A stretch of DNA of 64,000 bases, from the IMG/VR virus record IMGVR_UViG_3300037087_000760, positions 1 to 64,000 of that record; one strand, given 5' to 3'. The notes below the pieces were generated by a model that saw nothing but the letters and a program-made list of their open reading frames with translations, did no database searches and was not told the origin of the DNA. Positions 1 through 10,356 of this stretch are shown here, piece after piece. A program made the position numbers and the translations under genes. The stretch's first letter is position 1, and each line of letters begins with the position of its first letter.

Positions 1-1794
1 GTGAAGAAGAATTGGTTTTTTATAATATTATTAGCTATTGCAGCCCTATCATTAGCTGGAACGGCCGCCTACTTTTCTGTATTTGGAATTTCTAAACTTT
101 TTTACGCAGCCGGATTAGGAATTGTTATCTTAGCATCATCATTAGAATTTGCAAAACTTGTTACAGTATCCTATGTTTATCGTTTCTGGAAAACTATTCA
201 AAAAGGATTGAGAGGTTTCTATATTTTTGCTGTTGTTTTTATCATGTTCTTGACATCAATAGGTATATATGGTTTCTTAACGGGGGCTTATCAAAAGTCA
301 GCCAACAAAATCGAAATAAGGGATTCCCAAATAAGAATTGCTGAAAACAAAAAATCTTTGTTTACAAAACAATTAGAGAGAATAAATACGACAATAGAAA
401 GTGATAACAACCGTATCAATGGATTAAATAACGCTCGTGGAGTACAAGAAAGAAGATTGGATACCTTATATAATAGAAGGCAAAGTAGAAAATTTACGGA
501 AAGTTCAATAACTTCTGATAATGAACAATTAAAATTTCTTAATCAGGATATTACGGAAAAAATGAAACAAGCCAGTTCTGTAAATGATTCTATCTCATAT
601 TATGATCAAAAAATTGTAGAATATAAATCATCTGATGTTTCGAATGAAGTTGGACCTTATAAATTCATATCTGATTTAACAGGACTTTCGATGAATAAAG
701 TGGTTAATATAGTAGCCCTTATACTTATATTAGTATTTGACCCGTTAGCCATTGCCCTATTAATTGGGGTAAATCACCTAACCATGATGGGGAAGAAACC
801 AGAAGAAGATAAAGAAGAACATCCAATAAATATTTTTAAGAAACTTTTTAAGAAGAAGAAAAAGATTATCGAACCTGATGTTGACCATGATACTATTAAT
901 TGGAATGAATCTGAACCAGAACCAAAGAAACCTGAAACAATGTACGATTTATTCGTAGAAAAGAAAGAAAAAGAGAAAGAGAAAAAAGTCATAGATAAAC
1001 CAGAAACAATTCAACAGGAAATACCCTTGGAATGGAACAAACAAACTGAAACAAATGATACCGTAAATGATGTTGTAATTGAAAAAAAAACTCTGGTTGG
1101 AAACGATTTATCAGAAGATTCCGAAAATGAAGATGATTATGAAGAAGTTTTTCAAGAATTAACATTTATCGAACCAGGAACACCAGTTTATCATGAGGTT
1201 TTTGGTAAAGGAAAAATTATAGATGTATATCCAAATCAAAGAGTCAAAATAGAATTTGAATCTGGAGAAATTAAGGAATTAAACACTGATTTTGCTAATC
1301 TTAAAGAAGTAAAACGAGTTAAAAAAGATTGGTTTGATAAATACGCAGAGGAATTAAAAAAAAAGAATGATGTAAATCAAAATTTCTATGTTCAGGAAAA
1401 AGTAATAGATGGTAAATCAATATTAGAATTTACCAATGAAGAAGTTGAACACGAAGAAGAAATTCCTTATATTACTATAAAAATAGAACCACCATCTGTT
1501 GAATCCGAGCCAGTTTCACCCGTTGAATCCGTTATTGAAAAAGTCGAATCCGAAACTGTGGTCGAATCCGAACCTGTGGTTGAACAACCTGAGATAGTTA
1601 AATCTGTCCCACCAGTTGAACCAGTAAAACCACCAGTTGTTGAACCTGATTATTATAGTAAAAGTGTGGAACAAAAAGATGATATTCAGAGTGTTACATT
1701 CGGAAATATAATTAGAGTAAACGAACCCGAATCCGATGGATTATCATCACCGAGAATTGGATTTACAAAAGATAGGAAAGGTAGATTACTTTAA
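1..1794 (+). CDS. Membrane-anchored coiled-coil protein with PcrA/UvrD C-terminal Tudor-like domain and acidic Pro/Val/Glu tail
   Basis: N-terminal TM helices, coiled coil, one more TM, then motif GTPVYHEVFGKGKIIDV...VKIEFESGEIKEL; GTG start sits at the window edge. Confidence 0.6.
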   Translation: MKKNWFFIILLAIAALSLAGTAAYFSVFGISKLFYAAGLGIVILASSLEFAKLVTVSYVYRFWKTIQKGLRGFYIFAVVFIMFLTSIGIYGFLTGAYQKSANKIEIRDSQIRIAENKKSLFTKQLERINTTIESDNNRINGLNNARGVQERRLDTLYNRRQSRKFTESSITSDNEQLKFLNQDITEKMKQASSVNDSISYYDQKIVEYKSSDVSNEVGPYKFISDLTGLSMNKVVNIVALILILVFDPLAIALLIGVNHLTMMGKKPEEDKEEHPINIFKKLFKKKKKIIEPDVDHDTINWNESEPEPKKPETMYDLFVEKKEKEKEKKVIDKPETIQQEIPLEWNKQTETNDTVNDVVIEKKTLVGNDLSEDSENEDDYEEVFQELTFIEPGTPVYHEVFGKGKIIDVYPNQRVKIEFESGEIKELNTDFANLKEVKRVKKDWFDKYAEELKKKNDVNQNFYVQEKVIDGKSILEFTNEEVEHEEEIPYITIKIEPPSVESEPVSPVESVIEKVESETVVESEPVVEQPEIVKSVPPVEPVKPPVVEPDYYSKSVEQKDDIQSVTFGNIIRVNEPESDGLSSPRIGFTKDRKGRLL

Positions 1795-2087
1795 ACTAAA
1801 TCAAGATATTCAGAAGCCCAACTTCTACTACCCCATTGACCACAAACATTACAAGTGTAAATAATATGTCCATGACCAGCATCACTTTTCCCCGTTATAG
1901 CTGGCTTTCCATCCTTAAATGTATGATCACAATCATTTTTGAGTTCATCTATTTTTCTTGTTAAATTTTTCGCAATAATTAAATGATCTTTAATTTCAGC
2001 TTGTAAATTCTTGATTTTTTTTTCGTTTTGAAAATATTTATTCATCATCTGAATTGTATTTTTCTTATATATCATTTTTTTGAACAT
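1791..2087 (-). CDS. Hypothetical protein with C-terminal Zn-ribbon
   Basis: CDH...CNVC motif; true start possibly 2048. Confidence 0.55.
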   Translation of the reverse strand: MFKKMIYKKNTIQMMNKYFQNEKKIKNLQAEIKDHLIIAKNLTRKIDELKNDCDHTFKDGKPAITGKSDAGHGHIIYTCNVCGQWGSRSWASEYLDLV

Positions 2088-2134
2088 AAGATTTAAAAAA
2101 TGTTAATAACTTGTAAAAATCATTTTTCAAAAAG

Positions 2135-2142
2135 AATATATA
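2135..2142 (+). promoter_or_regulatory. Putative late promoter AATATATA
   Basis: Same motif precedes structural genes elsewhere in the window. Confidence 0.55.
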
Positions 2143-2163
2143 AAAGAAAATAAGAAGGTAAAT

Positions 2164-2946
2164 ATGCTGTTATTATCGTCTATCTTTGAAGTATGGGATA
2201 AATTACCAACTCATGCAAAAATTATCATAGCTGTTTCTACTGTTATTTCCACATTAGTTAAACCTACAATTCTTCTTGTTAAGTGGTTTAAAGAAAAGAA
2301 TAATCCACCTCAGATTCCACCTCAGGTTGGTGATGAATTATTAGTACCTTTTTCTATTAAGATATCACCCAAAAGAAGGAAGATAAGATGGTATAAAGAT
2401 AAATTAAATAATCATAATATTTTCTTTCAATTTAATGAATTAATTAAATATGAAATAGACAGTAATAGATTTGTATTTGGAACTTCTGAAAAAACAAGAA
2501 TATTTAGACAAATATTAAGGATCTACTTAGGTGTTTTATCTGATAAAGTTCGTAAATTTTATGATAGTAAGGTCGAATTGGATAGATTAAGTGATAAAGA
2601 ATTCGCCGAACATTTTGATAATTTTATAGAAGATACACATAATCAGATATTCAAAAAATTTAAAGATAATCTATCTCCAGCTATCTATAATTTATTAATA
2701 ATGAATGAAACAAGAGGTTTTGTACATTTTGTTGAGAAACACAAAAAGCATTTTATAACATCTATAAAGGAGATGATCAGACATGATAAAAGACTTTATG
2801 ATAAAACAAATTATCGTAAAGTATGGGAAATGCTATCCTTGTTGAGATTGGTATTAAGTGTGGCTCTTGATGACTACATGGAATTTTATAATGGATTCGA
2901 TGGAGATTTAGACGAAGTTCTCAGAAAATCGAAAGGTAAAGAGTGA
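2164..2946 (+). CDS. Hypothetical protein with N-terminal TM segment
   Basis: 260 aa ORF, hydrophobic N-terminus, late motif upstream. Confidence 0.7.
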   Translation: MLLLSSIFEVWDKLPTHAKIIIAVSTVISTLVKPTILLVKWFKEKNNPPQIPPQVGDELLVPFSIKISPKRRKIRWYKDKLNNHNIFFQFNELIKYEIDSNRFVFGTSEKTRIFRQILRIYLGVLSDKVRKFYDSKVELDRLSDKEFAEHFDNFIEDTHNQIFKKFKDNLSPAIYNLLIMNETRGFVHFVEKHKKHFITSIKEMIRHDKRLYDKTNYRKVWEMLSLLRLVLSVALDDYMEFYNGFDGDLDEVLRKSKGKE

Positions 2947-3116
2947 AACTGTATGAAAAGTTGAAATCTGAAAATTTGGTAGATGATTATAAAGAATTTT
3001 CCCATTTAATATGGATTAGAGCCATCAGGGTGAACGATTATCCTGTGGATGACCCAACACACGAGCTGAAAGAGAACGATCAAATAAAGGTCGGAATTAA
3101 GTCCATAGGTGATTAA
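2943..3116 (+). CDS. Small S4-like RNA-binding domain protein (not in ORF track)
   Basis: GTG start overlapping previous stop; MKLYEKLKSENLVDDYKEFSHLIWIRAIRVNDYPVDDPTHELKENDQIKVGIKSIGD fits the S4 pattern. Confidence 0.6.
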   Translation: MKLYEKLKSENLVDDYKEFSHLIWIRAIRVNDYPVDDPTHELKENDQIKVGIKSIGD

Positions 3117-3559
3117 CCAATTTCACTGGCTGGTTTATTAGTCGTTGGAACAGGTGTATTATTCTGTGGAAGATTCGGATTATTGAATTCGTCTGGCTTC
3201 TGAGTTGGTATAACTCCCCAACTGGAAGATGAAGATGATGTAGACCCCCATTGATTGGATTGATTATTGTTATTATTTAAGATTGGTGCCAATCCACCGG
3301 CCCCTCCGTGTGGTTGACTAAAATATTGGTCTGGGATTTTTGTAGGTGCAAAACTTTCACCCAATACATAAGCATATAAAGGTACATTAGCCATTGCTAA
3401 AAAAACACCCAATGCCGTTAAATCAGCCCCTAATATCATACCAATAATACCTAATATAAAATTGGCAATAATCACAGCGATACAAAATTTTAATCTTGTT
3501 CTTGGTGCCAATGTTTTAAACAATGGTTCGCCGTTATTCTTTTGAACTTTTACTTTCAT
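3113..3559 (-). CDS. Two-TM membrane protein with N/S/P-rich tail
   Basis: Two hydrophobic helices then low-complexity tail. Confidence 0.65.
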   Translation of the reverse strand: MKVKVQKNNGEPLFKTLAPRTRLKFCIAVIIANFILGIIGMILGADLTALGVFLAMANVPLYAYVLGESFAPTKIPDQYFSQPHGGAGGLAPILNNNNNQSNQWGSTSSSSSSWGVIPTQKPDEFNNPNLPQNNTPVPTTNKPASEIG

Positions 3560-3571
3560 GTTTCATTTTTG

Positions 3572-4450
3572 TTATTTTTCATAATTCGGATTATCATCTG
3601 AAAAATTAGGTGGAATATCTAAATCCTCAGGTGGTGTAGATTTATCATGTTCAGGAACACCTTTACTTCCTTGAAAAGTTGGATCATTAATGTTTGGTAT
3701 TGTTAAATCTCTTAATCTTTTCATATCGTGAATATAAGCTTTGAAATATACCTTTTTCATATTTTCAAATTCAATGTTCTCACCACAATCTAATCTATCT
3801 GTATCCACTTTCCAAGATGGATAATAACTTCTTACTGTTAAAGGGACTTTCATAACTTTTTCTCTAGCTGGACCATTATCAACTGGAAGTGATCTTGGTT
3901 GTTCAATGGTTTTATCATCTGGTAAAAATAAAGCTGAATCTATTTTTAAACCGTAATAATCAATACTGAAAAAGAAATAGTTATACATCATATCCAATAT
4001 CTTCGAACTACACTTATAAACATCTCCCTCAGAAGTTAGATGAATTTCGAAATTGAAATTAAATTGAATCGGAATAGCTTTAACTTTGGTAACAATTCTT
4101 TTTAATTCCTTATCAATTTTTACCGTTTTGGGAATATAAATATTCGGATTGGCAAATTCATCTGAAACAGGTCCCCAACTTTCTATGTTTATAACCCCCC
4201 TCGGCCTTACATCCGTACCCAATTCTACTCTCCTATCAGTTATATCATCTATATAAGTATCTAATAAAAATCTTTCTTCCCCTGTCATCGTTGTGTAAAC
4301 AGGTAGAGTTACACAAACTTTACCTGTTTCAAAACGATATACCCATCTCATATTCCTATTCAATGTTTTGGCCAGAGCCACAATAATCATTCTGAAAAAA
4401 TCATTGTCATAATTATACTCATGCCCTATTTTACTTAAATCCGAACTCAT
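3572..4450 (-). CDS. T4 gp15-like tail terminator / sheath stabiliser
   Basis: YDNDFFRMIIVALAKTL...LPVYTT...ERFL and PIQFNFNFEIHL resemble T4-like gp15; late motif upstream. Confidence 0.65.
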   Translation of the reverse strand: MSSDLSKIGHEYNYDNDFFRMIIVALAKTLNRNMRWVYRFETGKVCVTLPVYTTMTGEERFLLDTYIDDITDRRVELGTDVRPRGVINIESWGPVSDEFANPNIYIPKTVKIDKELKRIVTKVKAIPIQFNFNFEIHLTSEGDVYKCSSKILDMMYNYFFFSIDYYGLKIDSALFLPDDKTIEQPRSLPVDNGPAREKVMKVPLTVRSYYPSWKVDTDRLDCGENIEFENMKKVYFKAYIHDMKRLRDLTIPNINDPTFQGSKGVPEHDKSTPPEDLDIPPNFSDDNPNYEK

Positions 4451-4470
4451 TATTAAGACTCTTTTTATTT

Positions 4471-4507
4471 TATATATTAAAATCCCAATCTCAAATTAAA
4501 ATATATA
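4471..4507. promoter_or_regulatory. Divergent pair of late promoters (TTAATATATA at 4471-4480 on minus; AATATATA at 4500-4507 on plus)
   Basis: Motif upstream of both divergent genes. Confidence 0.6.
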
Positions 4508-4527
4508 AGAATAAAAGTATCCCAAAA

Positions 4528-4716
4528 ATGAAACACATAAAAGATTTTCAATTAAATGAAGATAATGACAATTCAACTCTGCAACTTGAAGAAGAGTTAA
4601 AAGAATTATGGTATAAATACATGAGAAAAATTGGTATTGAAGAAACTTGTACTATTTTTCGAAAATTTAGCATAGAAGGAGATAATTTACGATTAAAAAC
4701 GAAAAAAAGAGACTGA
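4528..4716 (+). CDS. Small putative internal head protein (CTS-like N-terminus)
   Basis: MKHIKDFQLNE. Confidence 0.6.
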   Translation: MKHIKDFQLNEDNDNSTLQLEEELKELWYKYMRKIGIEETCTIFRKFSIEGDNLRLKTKKRD

Positions 4717-4722
4717 TTCTTA

Positions 4723-5538
4723 ATGATAACCAAATTCAAATTATTTGAAACATATAAGGAAGATGACAGTGATCTCAAAGGTAGTGAAGAATGGATAGAT
4801 CTTCAAAAAGATGCCAGAAAACAAACCTTATTGGGTAAACATATCAGATATTGTTATGAATTTGAAGATAGAAGATATGGATTTGAATTGGAGGACGAAT
4901 CTAAACTTATGTTTGATGAAAATATGAACTGGATAGAATACGATTTACCAGACAGGGATCATTATATTACTCAAAAAGCAAAAGATGACTATGATTTAAC
5001 TCGATCTTTCAAAGATTGGAAGAATGGAGGGGATGAACCGATATTTCCTACTAAATCGGAAGCTAAAAAATTTATTGATTTTTGTCAAAAATATCTCAGA
5101 GAAAAGCCAAAAATAAAACTCAAATATCTTTTAACAAAAGATTATAAAGAAAAGAAAGTTCCAATGGTTTCCAAAGAAGATATTGAAAAGGTATTATTGG
5201 GGGAAGTTGTCACTATACGAGAAATTGATGACATTGATACAAATAGACGAGTTACATATAAAGATGTGGAATGGACTTGTACCAATATTAATTATGAACC
5301 AGAGGAAAATCGTTTATGGAATTATATACATTTAAGATTTGAAAACAAAGATAAAGATGATTTTTTCTTAGGATTCAATTCCGCATATAAAATATCCTAT
5401 ATTATAAATTTTAACGAACTTGGTGAAAAAGGAAAAGAAGAAATAGAGTTGACTTTCGGTAATGATGATGAAAATTTAATTAATAAAAGATCAGAATTCA
5501 AACCGATAATTAAAGAATTACAAAAATTATTCAAATAA
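4723..5538 (+). CDS. Putative internal head protein (CTS-like N-terminus)
   Basis: MITKFKLFETYKE; 271 aa. Confidence 0.65.
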   Translation: MITKFKLFETYKEDDSDLKGSEEWIDLQKDARKQTLLGKHIRYCYEFEDRRYGFELEDESKLMFDENMNWIEYDLPDRDHYITQKAKDDYDLTRSFKDWKNGGDEPIFPTKSEAKKFIDFCQKYLREKPKIKLKYLLTKDYKEKKVPMVSKEDIEKVLLGEVVTIREIDDIDTNRRVTYKDVEWTCTNINYEPEENRLWNYIHLRFENKDKDDFFLGFNSAYKISYIINFNELGEKGKEEIELTFGNDDENLINKRSEFKPIIKELQKLFK

Positions 5539-5559
5539 AAAAATGATAACAAACTATAT

Positions 5560-5904
5560 ATGGGAAAAAGAATTAAAAAATTTGAAGAATTCGTGAATGA
5601 AGATATGTGGAATCAGGATATGTTTTTTCCCATGACCACCAAAAGTTCACTGGCTATGTATTACAAATGTCTAAATTGTGGTATTCCTTATATTTCAATT
5701 AACAAAGAATTACATTTTTGTGAGGAATGTAAATCATCAAAATTACAAGAAATTGGTGAAGATGAATTCTATAAAATTCTTAAAACAAAATTATCACCGT
5801 CTGGTTGGCAAACTATTCTACAAAAAAAGAGAGAAATAGAAACTGATTTAGTGGATCTTACTTTATTGAATCCGTCCACTTCATCAAGAGCTATGATAAA
5901 TTAA
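5560..5904 (+). CDS. Zn-ribbon protein with CTS-like N-terminus
   Basis: MGKRIKKFEEFVNE; CxxC...CxxC. Confidence 0.65.
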   Translation: MGKRIKKFEEFVNEDMWNQDMFFPMTTKSSLAMYYKCLNCGIPYISINKELHFCEECKSSKLQEIGEDEFYKILKTKLSPSGWQTILQKKREIETDLVDLTLLNPSTSSRAMIN

Positions 5905-5908
5905 AAAT

Positions 5909-6319
5909 ATGAAACATATAATTAATTTTTCGAATTTTGTAATGATTAAAGAGAATCAATCATCTTTAAAGCAAAAACAATTAGAAATAATATTAAAAAC
6001 TAATCCAATGATTGATGATTATCATACTGGAATTAGAGATTTGAAAGATATAAAAACTGCAGAAGAAGCATTTTCAGAATCTATTAAAAATAATGAGAGT
6101 TCTTTTGATGATTTTAGTGTTGAAGATATGAAAGAATCATTAAAGACTAAATTGATTACGGTATATTCATCACATCCAATAAAAAATGGAGTATTCGTTA
6201 CTCCAAGTAAAATGGATGCAAAATCATATGCTGGTAATGGTGAGATTTATCAAAAAAGAGTAAACATATTAGATATCGCTTGGATAGATCAATTTGAAGG
6301 ACAATATGCTAAATTTTAA
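5909..6319 (+). CDS. CTS-like protein with possible ADP-ribosyltransferase-like fold
   Basis: MKHIINFSNF..IKE; ITVYS...FVTPSKMDAKSY...EGQY pattern. Confidence 0.45.
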   Translation: MKHIINFSNFVMIKENQSSLKQKQLEIILKTNPMIDDYHTGIRDLKDIKTAEEAFSESIKNNESSFDDFSVEDMKESLKTKLITVYSSHPIKNGVFVTPSKMDAKSYAGNGEIYQKRVNILDIAWIDQFEGQYAKF

Positions 6320-6957
6320 ATATCTTGATCATTCAATTCGTCCAGTAAAACCTTTTCCCCGAATTTATTTTTTAATCTATCTAACCAATCATCAGTCTTA
6401 ATTTTAACCATCCAAATCTGATGTGATTTATCTTGAGCTTTGGCCTTGCATACTACACCTTCCATCAATCCATAATCATTTCTTTTCACACTATTGATGA
6501 ATTCTTGATTAAGATTACCATGATGAATCAATCTGGGAATTTCCATATGTCCAAAATCTTCTATAAATCTTTTTGGATCTACAAATCCTTTGGTAACAGG
6601 ATTCACATCGAACAACACCAGATTCATCTGATCTTTCGGGTCAATATGTCTACCAGCAAACGAATTTGGGCCATACCATTCACAAAAAACAATAAAATTT
6701 TGAATATTCCTATAATCTTTATTCTTTTTGAATACTTCGGATAGTCCATCTCCATATTTATTCAAAAATAAAGGAATAGCCATTCCAAAATCTGGATTCT
6801 TTGCATCTATCATACATTTACGAGTACCAAATTTATACCATCCTCTTTTCTTTGACCATTCAAAACGTAAATTAGAACCATCCAATTTATCGAAGGCATA
6901 AACCACTTCACCCACTAAACGCTTTCCGTAATAATCTATGTGATCGTATTGTTTCAT
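6316..6957 (-). CDS. RNA ligase (Rnl2-like adenylyltransferase domain)
   Basis: Motif I KLDGSN, CEWYG, FDV, EGVVCK, KIK. Confidence 0.75.
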   Translation of the reverse strand: MKQYDHIDYYGKRLVGEVVYAFDKLDGSNLRFEWSKKRGWYKFGTRKCMIDAKNPDFGMAIPLFLNKYGDGLSEVFKKNKDYRNIQNFIVFCEWYGPNSFAGRHIDPKDQMNLVLFDVNPVTKGFVDPKRFIEDFGHMEIPRLIHHGNLNQEFINSVKRNDYGLMEGVVCKAKAQDKSHQIWMVKIKTDDWLDRLKNKFGEKVLLDELNDQDI

Positions 6958-7232
6958 TTTTCTTTTAATTGTTTTGTTAATTCCTTTCTTCTTTCAATTG
7001 CTTTCTCTTTATCTTCCCATTTTTCAATGAAAGTTTTTTTGAAATAGAATTTGTAATAAATAACATAAAATTTCCCTTCTTTTTCAATAACATATCTCCT
7101 TGTGGTAAATAAAGTCAACTCACTCATTAAGTAATTCCATTTTCCCTCGAAAGCAAAATGATATGTCTTTGTCCCGTATGATATATAGACAGAGAATTTA
7201 CTACCGTTTATATAAAATTTTTTAAAGTTCAT
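6954..7232 (-). CDS. Hypothetical protein
   Basis: Overlaps neighbours in operon-like packing. Confidence 0.55.
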   Translation of the reverse strand: MNFKKFYINGSKFSVYISYGTKTYHFAFEGKWNYLMSELTLFTTRRYVIEKEGKFYVIYYKFYFKKTFIEKWEDKEKAIERRKELTKQLKEK

Positions 7233-9252
7233 TTTCTATTTTTTCATAATGAGAAAAAGTCAAATTGTTTATAGCTCTCCCCTGTGATAATGTTCTAAGT
7301 GTTGTTATAAAACCAAACTTCTCAGCCAAAGGTGATTGAACTTTGAGGATTATAGTCGAATCTGGTAATGTATTAATAGATACTATCGTAGAACGATGTT
7401 TATTAAGTTCACTAATTATATCACTCAAATATTCTTCTGGTGTCGTAATTTCTTCATCCATGATAGGTTCAAGTAAACACGGTTTACCTTTCATATAAGC
7501 CTTCGGAAACGAAATCTTCACACAAGTTTCAAAGGCGTATGGGCTTGAATCCACAACATGAGTAGAACCATCTATGATTGTTACTTTCAAACTTTCGATT
7601 TCGTTACCACCCAATGGACCACTAATCATACATTCTTTAAAAGCCTTTTCGATAGAAGTCATATATTCTCTTGGAATGTTTCCACCTTTAACCTCATTCA
7701 CAAAAATTAAACCCTTTGTATCATCGGATACAGGTTCTATTCTATACTCAATCTCAGCAAACATACCCTTTCCACCAGTTTGTCTTGATAATCTTTCTTT
7801 GTGTGTTACTGGTTGAGTTATTGTTTCTCTATAAGAAACTTTTGGTTGTCCTGTATTACATCCGACATTAAAATCAGTAATCAATCTACTTAAAATCACA
7901 TCCAAATATAATTCGCCCATACCACTAATAATGGTTTGTCCATTTTCATCTATCTTAACAGTAAATGTAGGATCTTCCTCAGTAAGTTTTTGAAGAGCAA
8001 ATCCTAATTTATCACTATCCTTATTTGTTAAGGGTTCAATGGTTATTGAAATAACTGGTTTTGGAACAATCATATTCTCAAAATGGAATGTATCTTTTGT
8101 TTCACAAAGAGTATCACCAGTTCGTAAATCTTTTATTCCAACAATACCACAAATATCACCAGCACCAACAGATTTTACTTCTATTTTCTTATTGGCTTGA
8201 ATGGTAAATAATCTTGAAATTCTTTCTGATTGTCCTGTTCTGGAATTATAAACAACTTGACCAAGTTTAAGCACACCAGAATAAACTCGAATCATAGATA
8301 ATTTTCCAGTATTTTTATCTGTCGAAATTTTAAAAACCAAAGCTGATAATTTTTCATCTTCACTTGGTCTAATTTCAACTTGTTCCGAATCTCTATTGGC
8401 ATAAATAATACCCCTATCAACTGGAGATGGTAAAAAATTCACCACAGCATCAAGTAATGTTTGTACTCCCTTATTTTTCTTAGCAGATCCACACAAAATA
8501 GGAACAATAGAAAAATCTAATGTTAAACTACGAAGATTTTTAATTATTTCTTCATTCGTTATCAATTCAGGTGTTTCCAAATACTTCTCAAAAAAGTCAT
8601 CGTTATGTTCCGAAATAGATTCAATCATTTTAATTCGGAATTTCAATGCCTGATCTAAGTATTCTTCAGGTATTACAGAAACACTATATTCCTGACCTAA
8701 TGTTTCGGAAGCCCATGTAATCAGTTTCATATCTATAAGGTCAATAACACCTTTGAAATTACTTTCACTTCCTACGGGAAGTTGAATCACAACTGGTTTC
8801 GATTTAAGTCTATCTTGAATTTGATGTACTACATTAAAGAAATCAGCTCCAATCCTATCCATCTTGTTTACAAAGGCTATTCTTGGTACTTTATATCTGT
8901 TGGCCTGTCTCCAAACTGTTTCGGATTGAGGTTGTACACCGCCGACTGCACAGAAAACAACAACGGCCCCATCTAATATTCGGAGTGAGCGTTCAACCTC
9001 AATCGTAAAATCAATGTGGCCGGGAGTATCTATAATATTTATCTTATGATCTTTCCAATACGATGTAACAGCAGCTGCCATAATCGTTATACCTCGTTCT
9101 TGTTCCTGAGGCATAAAATCGGTTACTGTATTACCATCGTGAACCTCTCCCATTTTATGATTCTCACCAGTATAATACAATATACGCTCAGTCAATGTGG
9201 TTTTTCCGGCATCGATATGGGCTACTATTCCTATATTTCTGTTAAGATTCAT
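7222..9252 (-). CDS. fusA: Elongation factor G
   Basis: [42 protein letters not shown]; 676 aa. Confidence 0.95.
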   Translation of the reverse strand: MNLNRNIGIVAHIDAGKTTLTERILYYTGENHKMGEVHDGNTVTDFMPQEQERGITIMAAAVTSYWKDHKINIIDTPGHIDFTIEVERSLRILDGAVVVFCAVGGVQPQSETVWRQANRYKVPRIAFVNKMDRIGADFFNVVHQIQDRLKSKPVVIQLPVGSESNFKGVIDLIDMKLITWASETLGQEYSVSVIPEEYLDQALKFRIKMIESISEHNDDFFEKYLETPELITNEEIIKNLRSLTLDFSIVPILCGSAKKNKGVQTLLDAVVNFLPSPVDRGIIYANRDSEQVEIRPSEDEKLSALVFKISTDKNTGKLSMIRVYSGVLKLGQVVYNSRTGQSERISRLFTIQANKKIEVKSVGAGDICGIVGIKDLRTGDTLCETKDTFHFENMIVPKPVISITIEPLTNKDSDKLGFALQKLTEEDPTFTVKIDENGQTIISGMGELYLDVILSRLITDFNVGCNTGQPKVSYRETITQPVTHKERLSRQTGGKGMFAEIEYRIEPVSDDTKGLIFVNEVKGGNIPREYMTSIEKAFKECMISGPLGGNEIESLKVTIIDGSTHVVDSSPYAFETCVKISFPKAYMKGKPCLLEPIMDEEITTPEEYLSDIISELNKHRSTIVSINTLPDSTIILKVQSPLAEKFGFITTLRTLSQGRAINNLTFSHYEKIENEL

Positions 9253-9399
9253 ATTTAATTTTTATTATATTTTCGAAATTTAATGTCGTTTAAAATGATG
9301 TTTATAAACGACATAATGACCGAAATCAGTCTGTAATGTAGGATATAAACAACAAAAAGTATATGTATAACATATCTTAAATTTTATTTATTTTATTTG

Positions 9400-9474
9400 A
9401 GTCAGAGGAGGGATTCGAACCCACGATTGTACGGTTTTGCAGACCGGTGCTTTTGACCACTCAGCCACCCTGAC
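9400..9474 (-). tRNA. tRNA-Cys(GCA)
   Basis: Full cloverleaf, anticodon loop CT-GCA-AA, T loop TTCGAAT, U73. Confidence 0.9.
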
Positions 9475-9593
9475 GAATTATTCTTCTTTGGATTCCTCTA
9501 ATCTTTTCCTGTCGAATTCTAACCATTCATCCAGTTTTTCATCAGTAAAAGAATTGAGTAATTCTACAAAATCCTCATATAAAGTATCCAAAT

Positions 9594-10214
9594 CTATTCC
9601 TTTTTCCATTTTACATTTAATGACTTATCGAATACTAACAAATATCTATGTTTACGACTTCGAGGTCTCCATTCACCCTCGACATCTTTCACTTTCCCCC
9701 TTGATTGCTTTATATATGTTCCATCTGGTTTTTTAATCCAGAAATCATTTTTGGGTTCTGTTAAACCATAATATTGAAAATTACATGCTTTATATATCGT
9801 ACCTAAATGAAAATCAGCATCAGCATAACTCAATATAACTCTAACTTTCGTATCTTTTCTCAATTGACGAATCGCCCTCGATACAAACCAACTGGTAATA
9901 TTATGTTCTACTTTTTGAATATCTGGATGAACACATAATCTACTCAACTCAAATAAACCCTCTTGATCATTTCTTTCCAATCCTAACATCCCCTTAGAAA
10001 GTTCTGGAACTGGAAAACCAGTGAAAATAATCACACCAACTAATTGTTCATTTTCAAACAGACCGTAATTAAAACCACTTTTAAATCCTCTGGAGATGTC
10101 TTTGAGATAATGAAATTTCAATAATAATTCACCAGCTTGTTCTTTGGTAATTCTACTCACATTGAAATTTTCTTTCATACCCTCATTTATAAACTCCAAA
10201 AATGTTTTTATCAT
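9594..10214 (-). CDS. mom: Mu Mom-like DNA adenine modification protein with CTS-like N-terminus
   Basis: FHYL, GLFENEQLVGVIIF, ELSRL, SWFVSRAIRQL, ILSYAD, HLGTIYKACNF; start MIKTFLEFINE just after late motif at 10220-10229. Confidence 0.8.
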   Translation of the reverse strand: MIKTFLEFINEGMKENFNVSRITKEQAGELLLKFHYLKDISRGFKSGFNYGLFENEQLVGVIIFTGFPVPELSKGMLGLERNDQEGLFELSRLCVHPDIQKVEHNITSWFVSRAIRQLRKDTKVRVILSYADADFHLGTIYKACNFQYYGLTEPKNDFWIKKPDGTYIKQSRGKVKDVEGEWRPRSRKHRYLLVFDKSLNVKWKKE

Positions 10215-10249
10215 GATTGTATATATTAATATACTCAATCATGAATTAG

Positions 10250-10342
10250 AAGCGGGGGTAGGAGTCGAACCCACTATCTAAAGGTTATGAGCCTTTAATG
10301 ATTTATGTTGACGAATCAACAATTCCGTTTCACTCTCCCGCA
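10250..10342 (-). tRNA. tRNA-Met(CAT), initiator-like, with hairpin inserted in D loop
   Basis: AAAGG-CTCATAA-CCTTT arm, T arm intact, 1:72 mismatch; D loop contains TGTTGA-TTCG-TCAACA. Confidence 0.7.
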
Positions 10343-10356
10343 ATGTATTAAAATAG

